Positions 12,723-25,027 of a DNA stretch of 64,000 nt are shown in pieces. The stretch comes from Chiloscyllium plagiosum (taxonomy: Eukaryota), in NCBI RefSeq assembly GCF_004010195.1, contig NC_057753.1, positions 1,576,023-1,640,022 of the forward strand, given 5' to 3'. The first letter of the stretch is position 1; every line of letters begins with the position of its first letter. The notes under the pieces are model-generated. The model worked only from the letters and a program-made list of their open reading frames with translations, had not been told where the DNA came from and ran no database searches. The position numbers were made by a program, and so were the translations under genes.

Positions 12723-15700
12723 TGATATGGACCAGACCAGACCACCTCAAATCACTTCAAGAAAATAGTCCGTACTAAGGTTTGCTAGTTGTCTTAAGCA
12801 GGTGCATGGTGGATATTCCAGGAGTGATATAACTGGCTCTACTACTTTGACTATGTCGTCTTCGAGCATGCATTCAGTTTCCTTTTGAACCTGTGCCAAC
12901 TTTAGAGTGTAATGCCTATCAGGATGTTGCTAAATCGGAATATCATCTCCTTCATGCACAATTAGGATAGTACTTGTCAGCTTACTACAACAAAGCTCCC
13001 CATGTGATGATAATAACTCTTATTTCGATTTTCCTCTGGAGGATAACTCAATAGCTCATCCCAAATTATTGACAACTTCTTCATTGTCCAAATTAAGCTG
13101 AGGAATGCCCAGTTCAGAATCCTCTGAACTTGGTTCTTTACTATGTGTTGTAATCAATAACATAGTCTCCTTTCGGCTTTTCTTCCCTGTCAAAATACGT
13201 TTTGAGCATATTGACATGGCACACTTTGAGAAGTTTCTTTCTGTCTGGAGTCCTTATCAAATGGTTCACCTCAGTCAATTTCCTTTCGACTCGATAAGAT
13301 CCACTAAACCTTACTTTTAAAGGTTCACCTATCACTTGAAATAACGCTATCAACTTACCTCCATTCGTGAAATTGCGGGGTTTGACTTCTTTTCTGCTCC
13401 CTGTTTCATTGTATGCCTTGATTCTTTGAAATTTGTTTAGCCAACTCCCCGAGTCTATTTAATTGTTGCCAAAGATTTGGCAAATAGTCCAAATATTTGG
13501 CCTCTGAATTACGACTTACCAATTTCTCCTTAATCAATTTTAGTGGTCCTCTCACTTCAAGGCCAAAATGTAAATGAAATGGATTGGATTCGGGTCGATT
13601 CATTTGGTGCATCTCTGATTGCAAAAAATGCAAACGAAATTCCTTTATCCCAATCCTCTGGATGGTCTTGACTATAAGACCTCAACATTATCTTCAATGT
13701 CCAATGCCACCTTTCTGGCTCTTCCAGTGACTCTGGATGGTACAGAGTAGAATTAAATTGTTTTATTCTTAAGGATTGCATAACTTCCTTAAATAATTTC
13801 GATGTGAAATTTGACTCCAGATCAAATTGTATCTTTGTGGGTGATTCGTAGCTGGTGAAATAGTTGAGAAACTCCTCAACACTCCTTTAAGCTGTGATAT
13901 TGCCTAATGTGATATAGTCTAATGAATACATCCATTGCTGTTCACAAATACTGATTCCCACTTTTTCTTTTTGGTAGGAGTCGTACACAATCATTTAAGA
14001 CTCTTGTGAAAGGTTCATCAAATGCAGGAATTGCTTTTAAACGTGTGGGTTTCATTATTACCTGTAGTTTTCCAATTACCGGACATCACTGACATGTCTG
14101 GCAAAATTCATGTGCATTCTTGTGATGCTCAGGCCAGGAGAAATGCTTTTATATTTTGGCTGAGGGTTTTCTTACCCCTAAATGATCCCCTACTTTTAGT
14201 ATATGCGCCACCTGCAACACCTCCTTTCAAAACCCACTGACAATACGACTTGATGAACTTCTGCTCATTGCTCATCTATCTGACTGTGTGATGGTCAGTA
14301 GTTCCTAATTCAGACATCATTTTTAAGGTAGTAGCGTTAAGGGATACATTCAGATTCTCATTCTGTGTATGCCCTTTGATGCAATCGCTTTAAATTTTCA
14401 TTTTCCTCCTGTAGCTGAGTTAATTTATGTGAGCTAAAGATATCTGTTTTGTCATCCATCTGCGCTTGGTGTGCGTCAAAAAATTTGATCAAACAGGGTC
14501 TATGCGAATTCCACTTCTTCTCTCTAATGCTTGATCTCTCTTCTTTCAATTGGTGACTTTGTGAACTCGTTACCAGACAATCCTGAAAATTCCCAGGATA
14601 TATGTCCTGCTATAGTTCAGTTCCCTGAATTTCTACTGGTTTTTCAACCACGGTAGACTGCACTCCCACCTGTTATTCAGTTATATCGTTAGCAAGGACA
14701 AATTGTATTTCTGGAACTGAGAGTTTGTCCACTACTACGACTTCTCCACTCTTCACTGGCCATTCTACCCTCACTCGACATAACTGAATGCTGCTTGTCT
14801 TATCGTGAATTCCCGTTACTTCTACCTTTTCTGTCAATAGTCTTTCAGAGGTATAAATCTTCTCATCTTTCAAAATCAAATATTGGGAGGATCCAGTCTC
14901 TCTTAGTATTGTAACCTCTTTACCTGCTGCGCCTGGTCTATGTGAGTAAACTTTACCTTCACTAGCAAATGGTTTACGAAGATCTGGCACTTCGTCCTTA
15001 ACCAACCTCCGAGGAGGTTGTCCATTCTGGTTCAGCTTTCCAGTCTCCACTGTGCTTTCTTTTTCCATCCCAGAAAAACTCACTGGTTTACCCTACTTTC
15101 TTGCATCTGAATTCCCAGTGCTTTTCCTAATCTACCAAGACTGTGATTTAATGTGGTCTACTTCACCGAGATCTACATTTGCATTTTTACGTGAAAATTT
15201 CTCTTTTGCCCAATTTCTGTCCCTCACAGATTGAAATTAATTTTGAAAGCCAAACTTTGATTTATGGACCAACGCATAATCGTCAACCATTTCACTTGCT
15301 AATCTTGCCGTTTTTACTCGCTGCTATTACAAATCAATTCTCACTAGTTTAGGAAGTGAAGATTTGAAGTCCTTCAAAATAATCGTCTCTCTAAGAGTGG
15401 CATAGGATTGCTCTAATTTAATGCCCTTATCCCCCTATCAAAATTACTTTGTCTAATACTTTCAAACTCAATGTAGGTTTGACCAGGGTCCCTCCTTAGG
15501 TTCATGAAACGTTATCAGGGCTTCTGGTCCAAGCTCATATTCACTTAATATATCCTTCTTCACCTCCTCAGACACCATAGATACCTCCTCTGATATGGAT
15601 GCGAATACCTCATTTGCTGTACCTCCTGGTTCTGTTTGGATCACTAGAACCTACATGGTCACTGCCCACCGCATTTGTTTAGTCACCTTTTCAAATGTGA

Positions 15701-16003
15701 TGAAAAAGGCTTCCACATCCGTCTCATCAAATTTAGGCAATGCTTGAATATATTTCTTACTAGGCCTTTGGGTACCTTGGGTTTCCCCATACTCTGTGTC
15801 TTCCTCACAAAGCTTACCTTCAGCCTTTTAAGCTGTCTTTACTGCCTAAATGCTGTAATTATCTCTCATTTTCTCACAGAAGAAGGCAACCTCAACTCCA
15901 AATTGTCCACTAATTCTGGCAGATTGACATTATTCACCTTTTGCAAAGCTCTCGCATTTACTTCTTCCACCTCCAGAAAACTCTTGGTGACCAAAAGAGC
16001 CAT
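12723..16003 (-). mobile_element. Degenerate Gmr1-like Gypsy LTR retrotransposon (gag-PR-INT-start of RT)
   Basis: Gag ATG at ~16003 with a SCAN-like capsid segment (~15750-15350). Protease VTILRETGSSQ (~14900); integrase core (~14020-13550; YHPESL..ERWHWTLK.ML..Y....PEDWD); GEPLKVRFSGSY (~13300); RT N-terminus QVQKETECMLEDDIV (~12890). Many stops and frameshifts. A short LTR-terminus remnant lies at 12723. Confidence 0.85.
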
Positions 16004-16020
16004 TGATAACCCAAGCATAG

Positions 16021-16697
16021 TAAGGTCTGAGCGAGTGTTCTGAACAAAGAGACCTTGAAGTGCAGGTTCGTAGCTCCTTGAAAATAGAGTCGCAGGTAGA
16101 TAGGATAGTGAAGAAGGCGTTTGGTATGCATTCCTTTAGTGGTCCGAGTATTGAGTATAGGAGTTGGGAAGTCATGTTGCAACTGTATGGCACTATGTTT
16201 AGGTCACTTTTAGAATATGGTGTGCAGCTGTGGTCTCCTTCCTATCGGAAGGATGTTGTGAAACTTGAAAGGGTTCTGAAAAGATTTACAAGGATCTTGC
16301 CAGTGTTTGAGGATTTGAACTATAGCGACAGGTTGAATAGGCTGGGGCTGTTTTCACTGCAGCGTCAGAGGTTGATAGGATAAATAGAGAAGGTCTTTTC
16401 ACTGGGGTGTGGGAGTCCAGAACTAGAAAGCATAGGTTTAGGGTGAGAGAGGAAAAGTATAAAGGAGATACGCACCCAGTGTGTAGTGCGTGTATGGATG
16501 AACTGCCAGAGCACGTGGTGGAGGTTGGGACAATTAAAACATTGAAAAGGCATCTGGATGGGTATATGAATCGGAAAGTTTAGGAGGGATATGGCCAAGT
16601 GGGAATAGGTTAGGTTGAGATATTTGGTCAGCATGGACAAGTTGGACTGAAGATTCCGTTTCCGTGCTGTACATCTCTGTGATTCTATGACTCTATA
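16021..16697 (+). mobile_element. CR1/HER1 LINE 3' end
   Basis: ORF 16060-16383 (LEYGVQLWSPSYRKDVVKLERVLKRFTR) and a TCTATGAC tail. Confidence 0.9.
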
Positions 16698-17544
16698 AGT
16701 GTAGACAGGGTCATTCAGTACTCTCCGATTACAAAAGAACAGATACAGATCCTCCTGAGGGTGCGTTTACTCAAGTTAGAAACGTACAGACGAGCACAAT
16801 TCATCTCACCATCAGGAGATTTGGATCAATACGTTAATGTCGTTGTGAAGCTGTACAAGTAAATTTGGTTATTAGTACAGTGAAGTCAACTCGTTGTGAA
16901 CATTAGCAGTCAGTGTTGAAAATACCCATTCGATTCATCGCAGTTACGTCCTGTGACACAGGATCAATTTAGGGCAACTGCGTTCTTTGTGCCAGGTCCA
17001 CGTCAAAATTTTACCTTCGGTTTTTGATCAAGACTGCAACAAGTTTTGGAACACGTGAGCACACAGACTTTCAAATGGTGAGGTGGAATGAGATAACGTG
17101 GCAAAGGTTGCATTTTCAACATTTGCAAGATATCATCGGAAAGGAAACTGCTGTTTCAGGTGAGTGCATGAAATGTAGCAGAATAAAGATCTGAGGAGAG
17201 AGTACCGAGGAAGGATTGAAATAGTCAGCATTTCACATAGAAGCCCATTAATTGCTCCACTGTTCAATGAGACAATGGCTGATCTGAGAATCCTTAATTC
17301 CATTTTCCAGCCTTTTGCCTCGAACCCATGACTCTCTTACTGATTAAAATCTCCCCATTTCCTCGATGGATATACTTACCGACAGACCTGGTGCAGCTGT
17401 CTGTGGTAATGAACACCACAAATTGCTTTGAGATTATACCTTGTAGTCAAAGAAATGAGCACAAAGACAATCACTCTCTGAGCATCTACCCTGTCAAGCC
17501 GTCTATGAATATATGTGAAAATAAGGTAGTTTCTCATTCTTCAA

Positions 17545-17680
17545 AGCTTTGACAAAGGGTCAGTTAGACTCGAAACGTCAGCTCTTTTCTCTCCTTACAG
17601 GTGCTTCCAGACCTGCTGAGATTTTCCAGCATTTTCTCTTTTGGTTTCAGATTCCAGCATCCGCAGTAATTTGCTTTTAT
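17545..17680 (+). mobile_element. Short Penelope-type repeat with a type I hammerhead-like motif (17545-17583)
   Basis: AGCT-TTGACAA-A-GGGTC-AGTTA-GACTC-GAAA-CG-TC-AGCT followed by ...CAGATTCCAGCATCCGCAG. It is absent from the paralogous positions (~29320, ~59220). Confidence 0.6.
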
Positions 17681-18599
17681 ACTTCACTGCAGATGTTTTG
17701 TGCCATCCTTGTCTCTTAGCTTACCACTTCTTTTGTTCGCACACTCATTTGACTCTAATACGTCACAAATATGTGTTGTAAATAATTTTAGTCACAGCAC
17801 TACTCCCTACGGTACTGCACTGTTTGCTGATTGACGTCTGGAAGATGTCCTTCTTATCCTAACTATGTCTTCAATTGACTAGCTTATTCTCCATCCACGC
17901 AAATTTACGACTGATACACAATGGGCTTTTATCAAGTAGCCTTATGTGCAGTAGTTTATCGGACACCATTTGGAAATTCAGATGTGTGACATCTATTGGT
18001 TCTATTTATTGTGCTTTTTGCTACCTCCTCAAAGAAGTGTACTAAACTTGTCGGGCATGGTTTCCATTTTGATGAAGCTATGTTTACTCAACTTCATTCG
18101 ATTGTGTGTTTTTAAATATTATGCAATTACATCATTTACAACAGATTCCAACACTTTCTTGCTAACAGATTTAAAGTCAGCTGACATTTTCCTGCCCCCT
18201 TTTTGTTTTGCAATCCGTTGGGAATTTTTCAGCAGCGAAGGATTCTGGTTTCTACCACGCATTCATTGCCTGTTTAGCTAATTCCTTTGAAAGACTGGGA
18301 TACTACCAATCGGTTCCAGGCAGCATATTGGGTTTCGGCCCAATACTTTTCCTCAGTAATGCTTCTGTATTGATATTTATTGTACTTATTTTCTCCCTCT
18401 ACTAATGTCTTTTCTCTACTAAGTATTTTAGCAATTCTGTTTGTAGCTGTTTACAGGGAAGGATCAATTTACAGTCCTTCTCCCCCTCCAGGCCTCTTTT
18501 TGAGATTTTCTAGGGGTCTTCTTCTCGGTTTTCAGAAAACCCTTTTGTATTCTCACCACTCCTTCACGAGGTGACACAGTTTTGTAGTAATAATAATGG

Positions 18600-18935
18600 A
18601 GAATCGGAGACAGAGGGGTGACTTATAGAAGTTTATCAAAGCATGACAGGCATGGAGGTGGTGAATGGACAAGATATTTTCCCAAGGGGAAGTGAATCCA
18701 AAACTAGAGGGAATAGATTTAAACGGAAAAGATTTGAAAGGAAAATAAGAGGTAATATTTTCATGTAGTGGGTGATGCGTGGATAGAGTTAACTGGCAGA
18801 GGAACTGGTGGAGCTGATACAATGATGAAATGTAAATATCTTCTCGAACATGACCACGAAGACTTTAGAGAGAAATAGGCCAAAGTTATCAAATAGGACT
18901 AGATCACTTTAGGGTATCTGGTCAGCAAGGTTGGT
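18600..18935 (+). mobile_element. CR1 LINE 3' fragment, degenerate
   Basis: AGGGGTGACTTATAGAAGTTTATCAAAGCATG...AACTAGAGGGAATAGATTTAA, as in the other CR1 3' ends. Confidence 0.7.
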
Positions 18936-19627
18936 CAGCTTCCGGTCGTTTATCATTTTAATATTCTGCACCTCTCCCACTCTGACCTTCGCCTCCAGCA
19001 TTGCTCTAAGCAAACTGAATGGGAGCTCGAGGAACAACAACTTGTCTTTCAATTCAGCAGTTTCTAAGCTTCCATACTCAACGTGAATTTCTGCAGGGTT
19101 CTGCACCATAGGACAGATGCCAGGATCTGGAATATTTATCCTGAAACGGTGCTGGAATCTGATGCTAAGTTTAGATTCGACCTGCTTATCCTTCATTTCA
19201 CACCAGAAGGAAATAGTTCGCGTCTCCCTTCCCTATCAGGCAATCACAATTTCCTTAATCAAAACCACCGCTTATTTTTTGAATTCCAGCGAATGTATCC
19301 CTCATAGTATGGTGATATATTGTAGCAGAAGGGATAGAGAGAAGGAATATATAATCAATGGTACAATGGAAAGTGTATGCAGGAATCAAGGAATTTCTGT
19401 TTCACGTGCACACATCTTTTAAGGTTGTGGGATATATTTGTCATCAGCAAAGAAAGTTTCATCTCAAGCTTCACAAATGTTGTATTTGTTAATAAAATGA
19501 GACAAATAATATTGTACGGTTATAAATCTCTTGTTAGGCAGCAATTCGAGTTTTCTATCTACTTCTATAAGCTTTTATAACAGTTGTGCGGGTCCTCGGG
19601 ACTGTTCAGAAGAGATTCATTAGAATG

Positions 19628-20352
19628 TGTTATGAAGGCGAAGGTGTGTACTGACCTTTAAAAGACAGTGGAGGCTAGTTTGCACTGACAGCTTGCAGAC
19701 AGATATCATGTGACTGAGTAGCATTCTTAGAGTGTACTGGAAAATAGAAAATACGTAGAATTTAGCTGTGAAACAAATACCTGACGTTTTGTTGCTATGT
19801 TTTCACAACAGTGCGAATTTAAGCAATCAGTTTAAATTATGCCCCAGGATACAAAAACCTAATCGAATTTGAATTTTACTGTTTTGACAACACCAAACCA
19901 GATTAAGCAACCAACTGCCATTGTCAGAGTTACTGCGAGCCAACCAATCTCTGTCAAAGGTACCTTTTTCATATGAAACCATTTTGCTGTAAAAAACAGA
20001 AGTTGACCCAGGGAAATCAGCAGCCGAAGAAGACCGACACCAGTGATGACAACTGCCGTCTGGTTTTGAAAATTTTGTTGATGTAGTTTTAATAGGGGCT
20101 TTCATTGGATCATTATATTGTCATATAGTAACTGGTAGATAACAAGCAATTGAGGGAAAGGAGGTTTTCAGTTGTAAGTAGTTGTTGAATGCTTACTTTT
20201 AGAGTTAAAGAATAATATTGATATTTTTACTTTAAATAGTGGAATTTGGGGAGTTCGCTGGAGCACTCATAGTCTAACAGATTACGAGGCGAAGTGAGCT
20301 TTTTTATGTGTTTGGTTTAATTATCAGAAGTGTTTACCGCTGAGTCATAACA
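19628..20352 (+). mobile_element. 5' LTR (725 bp) of Gypsy element 2
   Basis: TGTTATG...CATAACA 7-bp inverted termini, immediately followed by a PBS-like sequence. Confidence 0.9.
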
Positions 20353-20355
20353 GTT

Positions 20356-20375
20356 TGGGGGCTCGGTTTCGTGAT
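20356..20375 (+). promoter_or_regulatory. Primer-binding site, tRNA-Pro-like
   Basis: TGGGGGCTCG 3 nt after the LTR matches the first 10 nt of the tRNA-Pro PBS TGGGGGCTCGTCCGGGAT; the remainder is degenerate. Confidence 0.7.
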
Positions 20376-22830
20376 TTGGACAGGTCTAAACAGATCCAAT
20401 CTGACATTTGGACAGATTTGATTAGATTTGAGATACAAAAGATCACAACAGATTTAAACACTTGCTGATTAGTGTCCTAGATCTTTAAATAACACATAGG
20501 TGAGTCAATTTGTTTAATTTCTGTTAGTTGTGGTTGGTTAAAAGCAAGTGAGAGAAATGGTTCTTAAGATTGCTAAAGAGGTTCTGGGGTTTGAAGATAA
20601 TTCCCAAATTTGCCGAGAAAGTTTAGAAGGACAGCAAAAGACCATATTTTTAGCAAAGAGGCTAGAATTGGGTTTAACCAAGGAGAAAAGGAAAGCTGAA
20701 ATTGTCAGAGAAACAAGTACAGTAGAGTTAGAAAAACTTAAATTACAATTGAGGAAAATGGCGTTAGAGAATAAACAAAGGGAGAAAGAAAGAGAAACAC
20801 AGAGAGAAGAAAGAGATATGAAGGATAATGAAGAGAAAGAGGGAAAGAGGTAGAGGGAGGAAAAAAGAAAGAGAAGGTTCTTAGCTGAGCAAAGAGAGAG
20901 AGAGAGAGAATAAAGTGTAAGAGAAAGAAAGGGACAGAGAAGAAAGGGAGAGTGAAAAGAGAGAAAGGAACGAGAAAAGGAGAGAAAATTTGAACTTCAG
21001 AAGTTGCAACTTAGTCAGGAAAGTCAAGTTAACAGGATGAAGATGAAGAGCGAAGGTAGTGATTTCTGTAAGTATGTTAAAACACTGCCACATTTTGATG
21101 AGAAAGAAGTCAAAGCTTTCTTTATTTCATGTGAAGAAAAGGCTAGGCAGATGGAGTTGTCAGAGGACTTATGGGTAATGCTAGTTCACACCAAACTGGT
21201 TGGCAGAGCTCATGAGGTATTTGCAGTGCTGTCAGCTGAGGGGTCAAGAGATTATGCAGATGTTAAACAGGGTATTTTGAATGCTAATGAATTGGTACCA
21301 GAAACATAAAGACAGCAGTTCAGAAGCAAAAATAAGGAACCGGGTCATACTTATGTTGAGTTCTAAAGAAATAAACTTAGTAATTTTGGCTGATAGGTGC
21401 CAGCCTTAAAAATAAATAAAACATATGAGGGTCTAAGAGAGATTATTTGCCGGCAGAGTTTACAAATTCATTTCCAGAGATGATGAGAATTCATGTAGAC
21501 AAACAGAAAGTTCAAGAAGTGAAAAGAACAGCGAAGATGGCAGTTGAATATGTATTGGTTGCATAAGGCAAAGTTTAGTTTCTGGCAAGAATTTCATCTT
21601 GTTAAGGATGGAAATTGGGAGAAGGGGAGGTTCTACACTACAAAACAAGGAGTAGAGGACACTGGTAATTGTTTACCACGTTAAAAAAGAAGCCCACAAG
21701 GGTGGAAAGGAGATGAAAGGCATCAGGTCGTTAAAAAAAGGCACTATGGGAAAAGATGTAGTAAAGCAAGCTGAGCCAGTGACATTAGTGGAAGTAGGAA
21801 AGGAAACCCCAAGAAAAGTCAAAGAACTGCAGCAGAGTGCACAACCTAGGCAGGGGTTGGGTATGAATTTAATGCCTGATATCTATAATGGTTTCACCTC
21901 TGTGGGTAAAGTTTACTCAGGAAGAACGGGGAAGAAGGGAAAGAGGTTATAAATTTGAGAGATACAGGTTCTAACCTGCCTCGAATAGTAAGAGATGAAC
22001 TTATTTGCACTCTTTCTGACCTGCCACTCGAGAGATTGGTAATCTGTGGGAGAGATGGGATAGTGGGATAGAAACTTAGAGTTCCCCTTTGGAGTGTTAA
22101 CTTAAAACTGGGAAGGACACAGTGGGAGTGATTGACATAGTGTCAGTTCCAGGAATGCAGTTTGATTTTGGGAACGATTTAGTAGGATCCGCAGTGAGAG
22201 TGGCACCCCTCGTTGTGGAGAAGCCCAAAGACGACCTGGGAACGGAGGAGTTAAAAGAAAATTACTCGGAATTCTCACAGACTGTGTAGTAACAAGATTC
22301 CACTATCATAAGCCACTGCACGAAGCAAAAACTAAAGAGAAGGACGATGGAGTTGAGGTCCAATTAGTGGACACCATGTTCGATGTAATGGTGCAGGAAA
22401 AAATCTGAACAGGCAGAGGGTTAGGCAGAAGTACTTCGTTCGAAAAAACTAATGGGCTGACAAAAGGAAGACGAGACAATAAAAGATATATATGTTGATG
22501 CATACACAGAAGATGAAGCAGAGAATATTCCTGAGGGTTATTATCTTAAAGGTAGAATCCTAAGACTCAAATGGAGACCATGGCAGGTTAGTGCAGAGGA
22601 GAAATGGGTAGAACTGCACCCGATTGTTTTGCCAATAGCAATCAGACGGGAAATGTTACGGGTAGCACATGAGCCACCAACAGGAGTTTACTTAGGTGTA
22701 GAGAAGACTTAGGGGAAGGTACAAAAGCAATTGTATTGGCCTGGAATACACAAGGGTGTGCTCAACTTCTGCTATACATTTCATGTGCCAATTGGTAGGT
22801 AAGCTACAGGCAGTAATAAAACCATCACCT

Positions 22831-23823
22831 CCCCGCCCGGATCGAATTTCACATTGCCCCAGGATCCAGTACCTCTCGCAGGAGCATGTGCCCCACAATC
22901 TTAGCCGCCTCTGGAATTTTAGTTTTGTCCTCTTCGGGGACGTAAAATGGTGGCCGTGTACTGATTGCTGCCGCACACCGTCCATCTCTTCTCCTTTACC
23001 CACTGCCTTGGCATGCCCATTTATCACAGGGTGGTGCAGAAACACAGCAGAGGGGTCTGCATGCAGGAGTCCGCCTCCTTTCCCTTGGGGTTCTGGGGTG
23101 GCGGGTGTTGCACGCTGCAGTGTCCAGCAACTTCAGATTGCAGTGATTCATGGACTCCTAGCCCAACCTTTGTTCCTTGGTGCTGTGGAGTCCGCGACCA
23201 AGTATTTATTGACTTGGACGTCTGCATGTGCATTTTGATCTTCTTTAAGACCTTTTCTAATGGTTTTGGTTGCACTTCAGCCCCACACTCTTGATTTTTG
23301 GTTACCCTGCGTGGGGGGTGGGGGGGGCGGGAGGGTAGTTCAGATGATCACTTCGTGGTCTGCTTCGGGGCCTGGACAAGCGGATCGTGGAGGAGGTCGT
23401 TATGGCCGATTGTCTGCCCCGTTTTCACAGCCACGTTCGGACCCGGATGTCTCTGAAGAAGGAGCACACGGTGTCGACCAACATCCTCGAGCATTTCAGA
23501 GAGAGGTGGGCACTGTGAGGTACGGAGTGTTTTATTTCCCCCTCTGGTTCTATTTTGATTTAATTCCTGCCCCCTTTCCATTTCTGATCCCTTTGCATCG
23601 GTCTTTGAGAAGAACACTGCTTGTCACTGGCCACGCAGGTGTTTTGTTTTTTTATCCCAGTGGCGGATTATGAATAGAACTTTGAGCATTCGTTGTTCTC
23701 CACTGTCTCCTACACTTGCACACACACAACATGGGTGCTGGGGAAAAGTAATCCGAACTGCTGCTTCATTTAAGCGTTTTTAATTTAAAAAAGCAGCCAG
23801 GAGATTTATAAAAAAAGAAAAAA
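22831..23823 (+). mobile_element. Tx1/L1-clade non-LTR retrotransposon, 5'-truncated 3' fragment, nested in the Gypsy integrase
   Basis: Broken + frames read LGVLGWRVLHAAVSSN, WFWLHFSPTLLIFG and RMSLKKEHTVSTNILEHFRERWA (Tx1-type ORF2 C-terminus). It has an A-rich tail, and the integrase reading VIKP|APLFPIP resumes after it. Confidence 0.8.
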
Positions 23824-25027
23824 AGCACCTTTGTTTCCAATTCCCACCTTCGAAGAACCTTTCATGCGGGTTATGATTGATCGTGTAGGACCCCACCTGA
23901 AAACTAAAAGTGGGAACCAGCACTTGCTAACCATAATGGATGCGTCTACCAGATTCTGGGGGCAATTCCAATACGGAGAATTCAAGCAAAAAGGATGATA
24001 GAGGAGTTATTAGGTTTCTTCACGTAGTATGGGCTATCCAGAGCGATTCAGATGCAGTAAGGGTCTAATTTTACTGCTAGACTGTTTAAGGAAGCCATGG
24101 ATAGATTAAGCAATTTTAAGTCAAGTGTGTATCAGCCTGAAGATCATGTTGCCAGCATACTGCCTGGATTACCTGAACGATTGAATCAGAGAATAGAATA
24201 GTATCATAGAATCCCTACAGTATTGAAACAGACCCTCCAGCATTTTGAGCGTTAGCCAGAGAGAGTGAACAACTGCCATCGTCAGAGCTATTGGTAAGCA
24301 AACGCTCTATCAAAGGTAACTTTTTAAAATGAATCATCTTTTCCGCAAAAGACTGAAGATGACCCATGGAGATCTTCAGCAGAAGAAGACCAGCAACGAT
24401 GACAGCCGCTGTCTTGTTTTGAAAATTTAGTTGATGTCGTTTTCAAAGGGGCTTTTATTGGATCAGTATAAGCGAAACTGAATTGTTGAAAAGACCAACC
24501 ATGAGTTTATTACATTTTGGAGCAGGCTCAGTGGGCCAGAAGGCCAACTCCTGCTCTTATTTCTTATGTCTTTGAGGGAGCAGGGCAGAAACAATATGGC
24601 CTGCAACATAGGAATTGCATTGGGGGATAGAAAGAACTGTCATGCTTTTCAACATCACTGAGAAGTTAGGGAATCGTCATAACATCCTGTTTTATACAAT
24701 TCTCATTTCCCAGATCATGATAATTTTTGGACGTGAATTTATATGCAAGATTGAAATGATCAGACCAGACATATCTTGCAATGTACCACATTTTACTTCT
24801 TGAATTGCCTCTTCTCCTTTTCATTCCATGAGTTTGACTGAACAAGTACTAGTGTATCTCTTGAGACTGGCAATCAGAATACAGAAGATAAAGCAGGATA
24901 ATTCAAGAGCACAGCTTAATCACGGTGACATGTGTAAATGTACATAAAAAGTAATGGACAGACTGTAATGTTGAACTCATTGCATTTTACTGTGATTTAT
25001 GTGATTTTACTGTGATCACTATTTCAT

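Larger units (their letters stand above)
20353..24470 (+). mobile_element. Degenerate Gmr1-like Gypsy internal region (gag with E/R/K coiled coil and SCAN-like capsid, PR, INT) plus partial 3' LTR (~24250-24470)
   Basis: ORF 21004-21309 reads LPHFDEKEVKAFFISCEEKARQMELSEDLWVMLVHTKLVGRAHEVFAVLSAEGSRDYADVKQGILNANELVPE. Protease LRDTGS at ~21955; integrase Zn finger AHEPPTGVYLGVEKT at ~22665 directly after PR; core at 23825-24185. 24250-24470 resembles LTR 19900-20117. Confidence 0.85.

Noticed and set aside
20770..21000. GA-rich low-complexity tract
   Set aside because: It is the E/R/K coiled-coil region of the Gypsy gag, not an independent satellite or gene.
22692..23673. Cluster of 80-160 aa ORFs in a GC-rich stretch, possibly a gene or CpG island
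   Set aside because: Explained by a decayed Tx1-type ORF2 fragment inserted in the Gypsy integrase.
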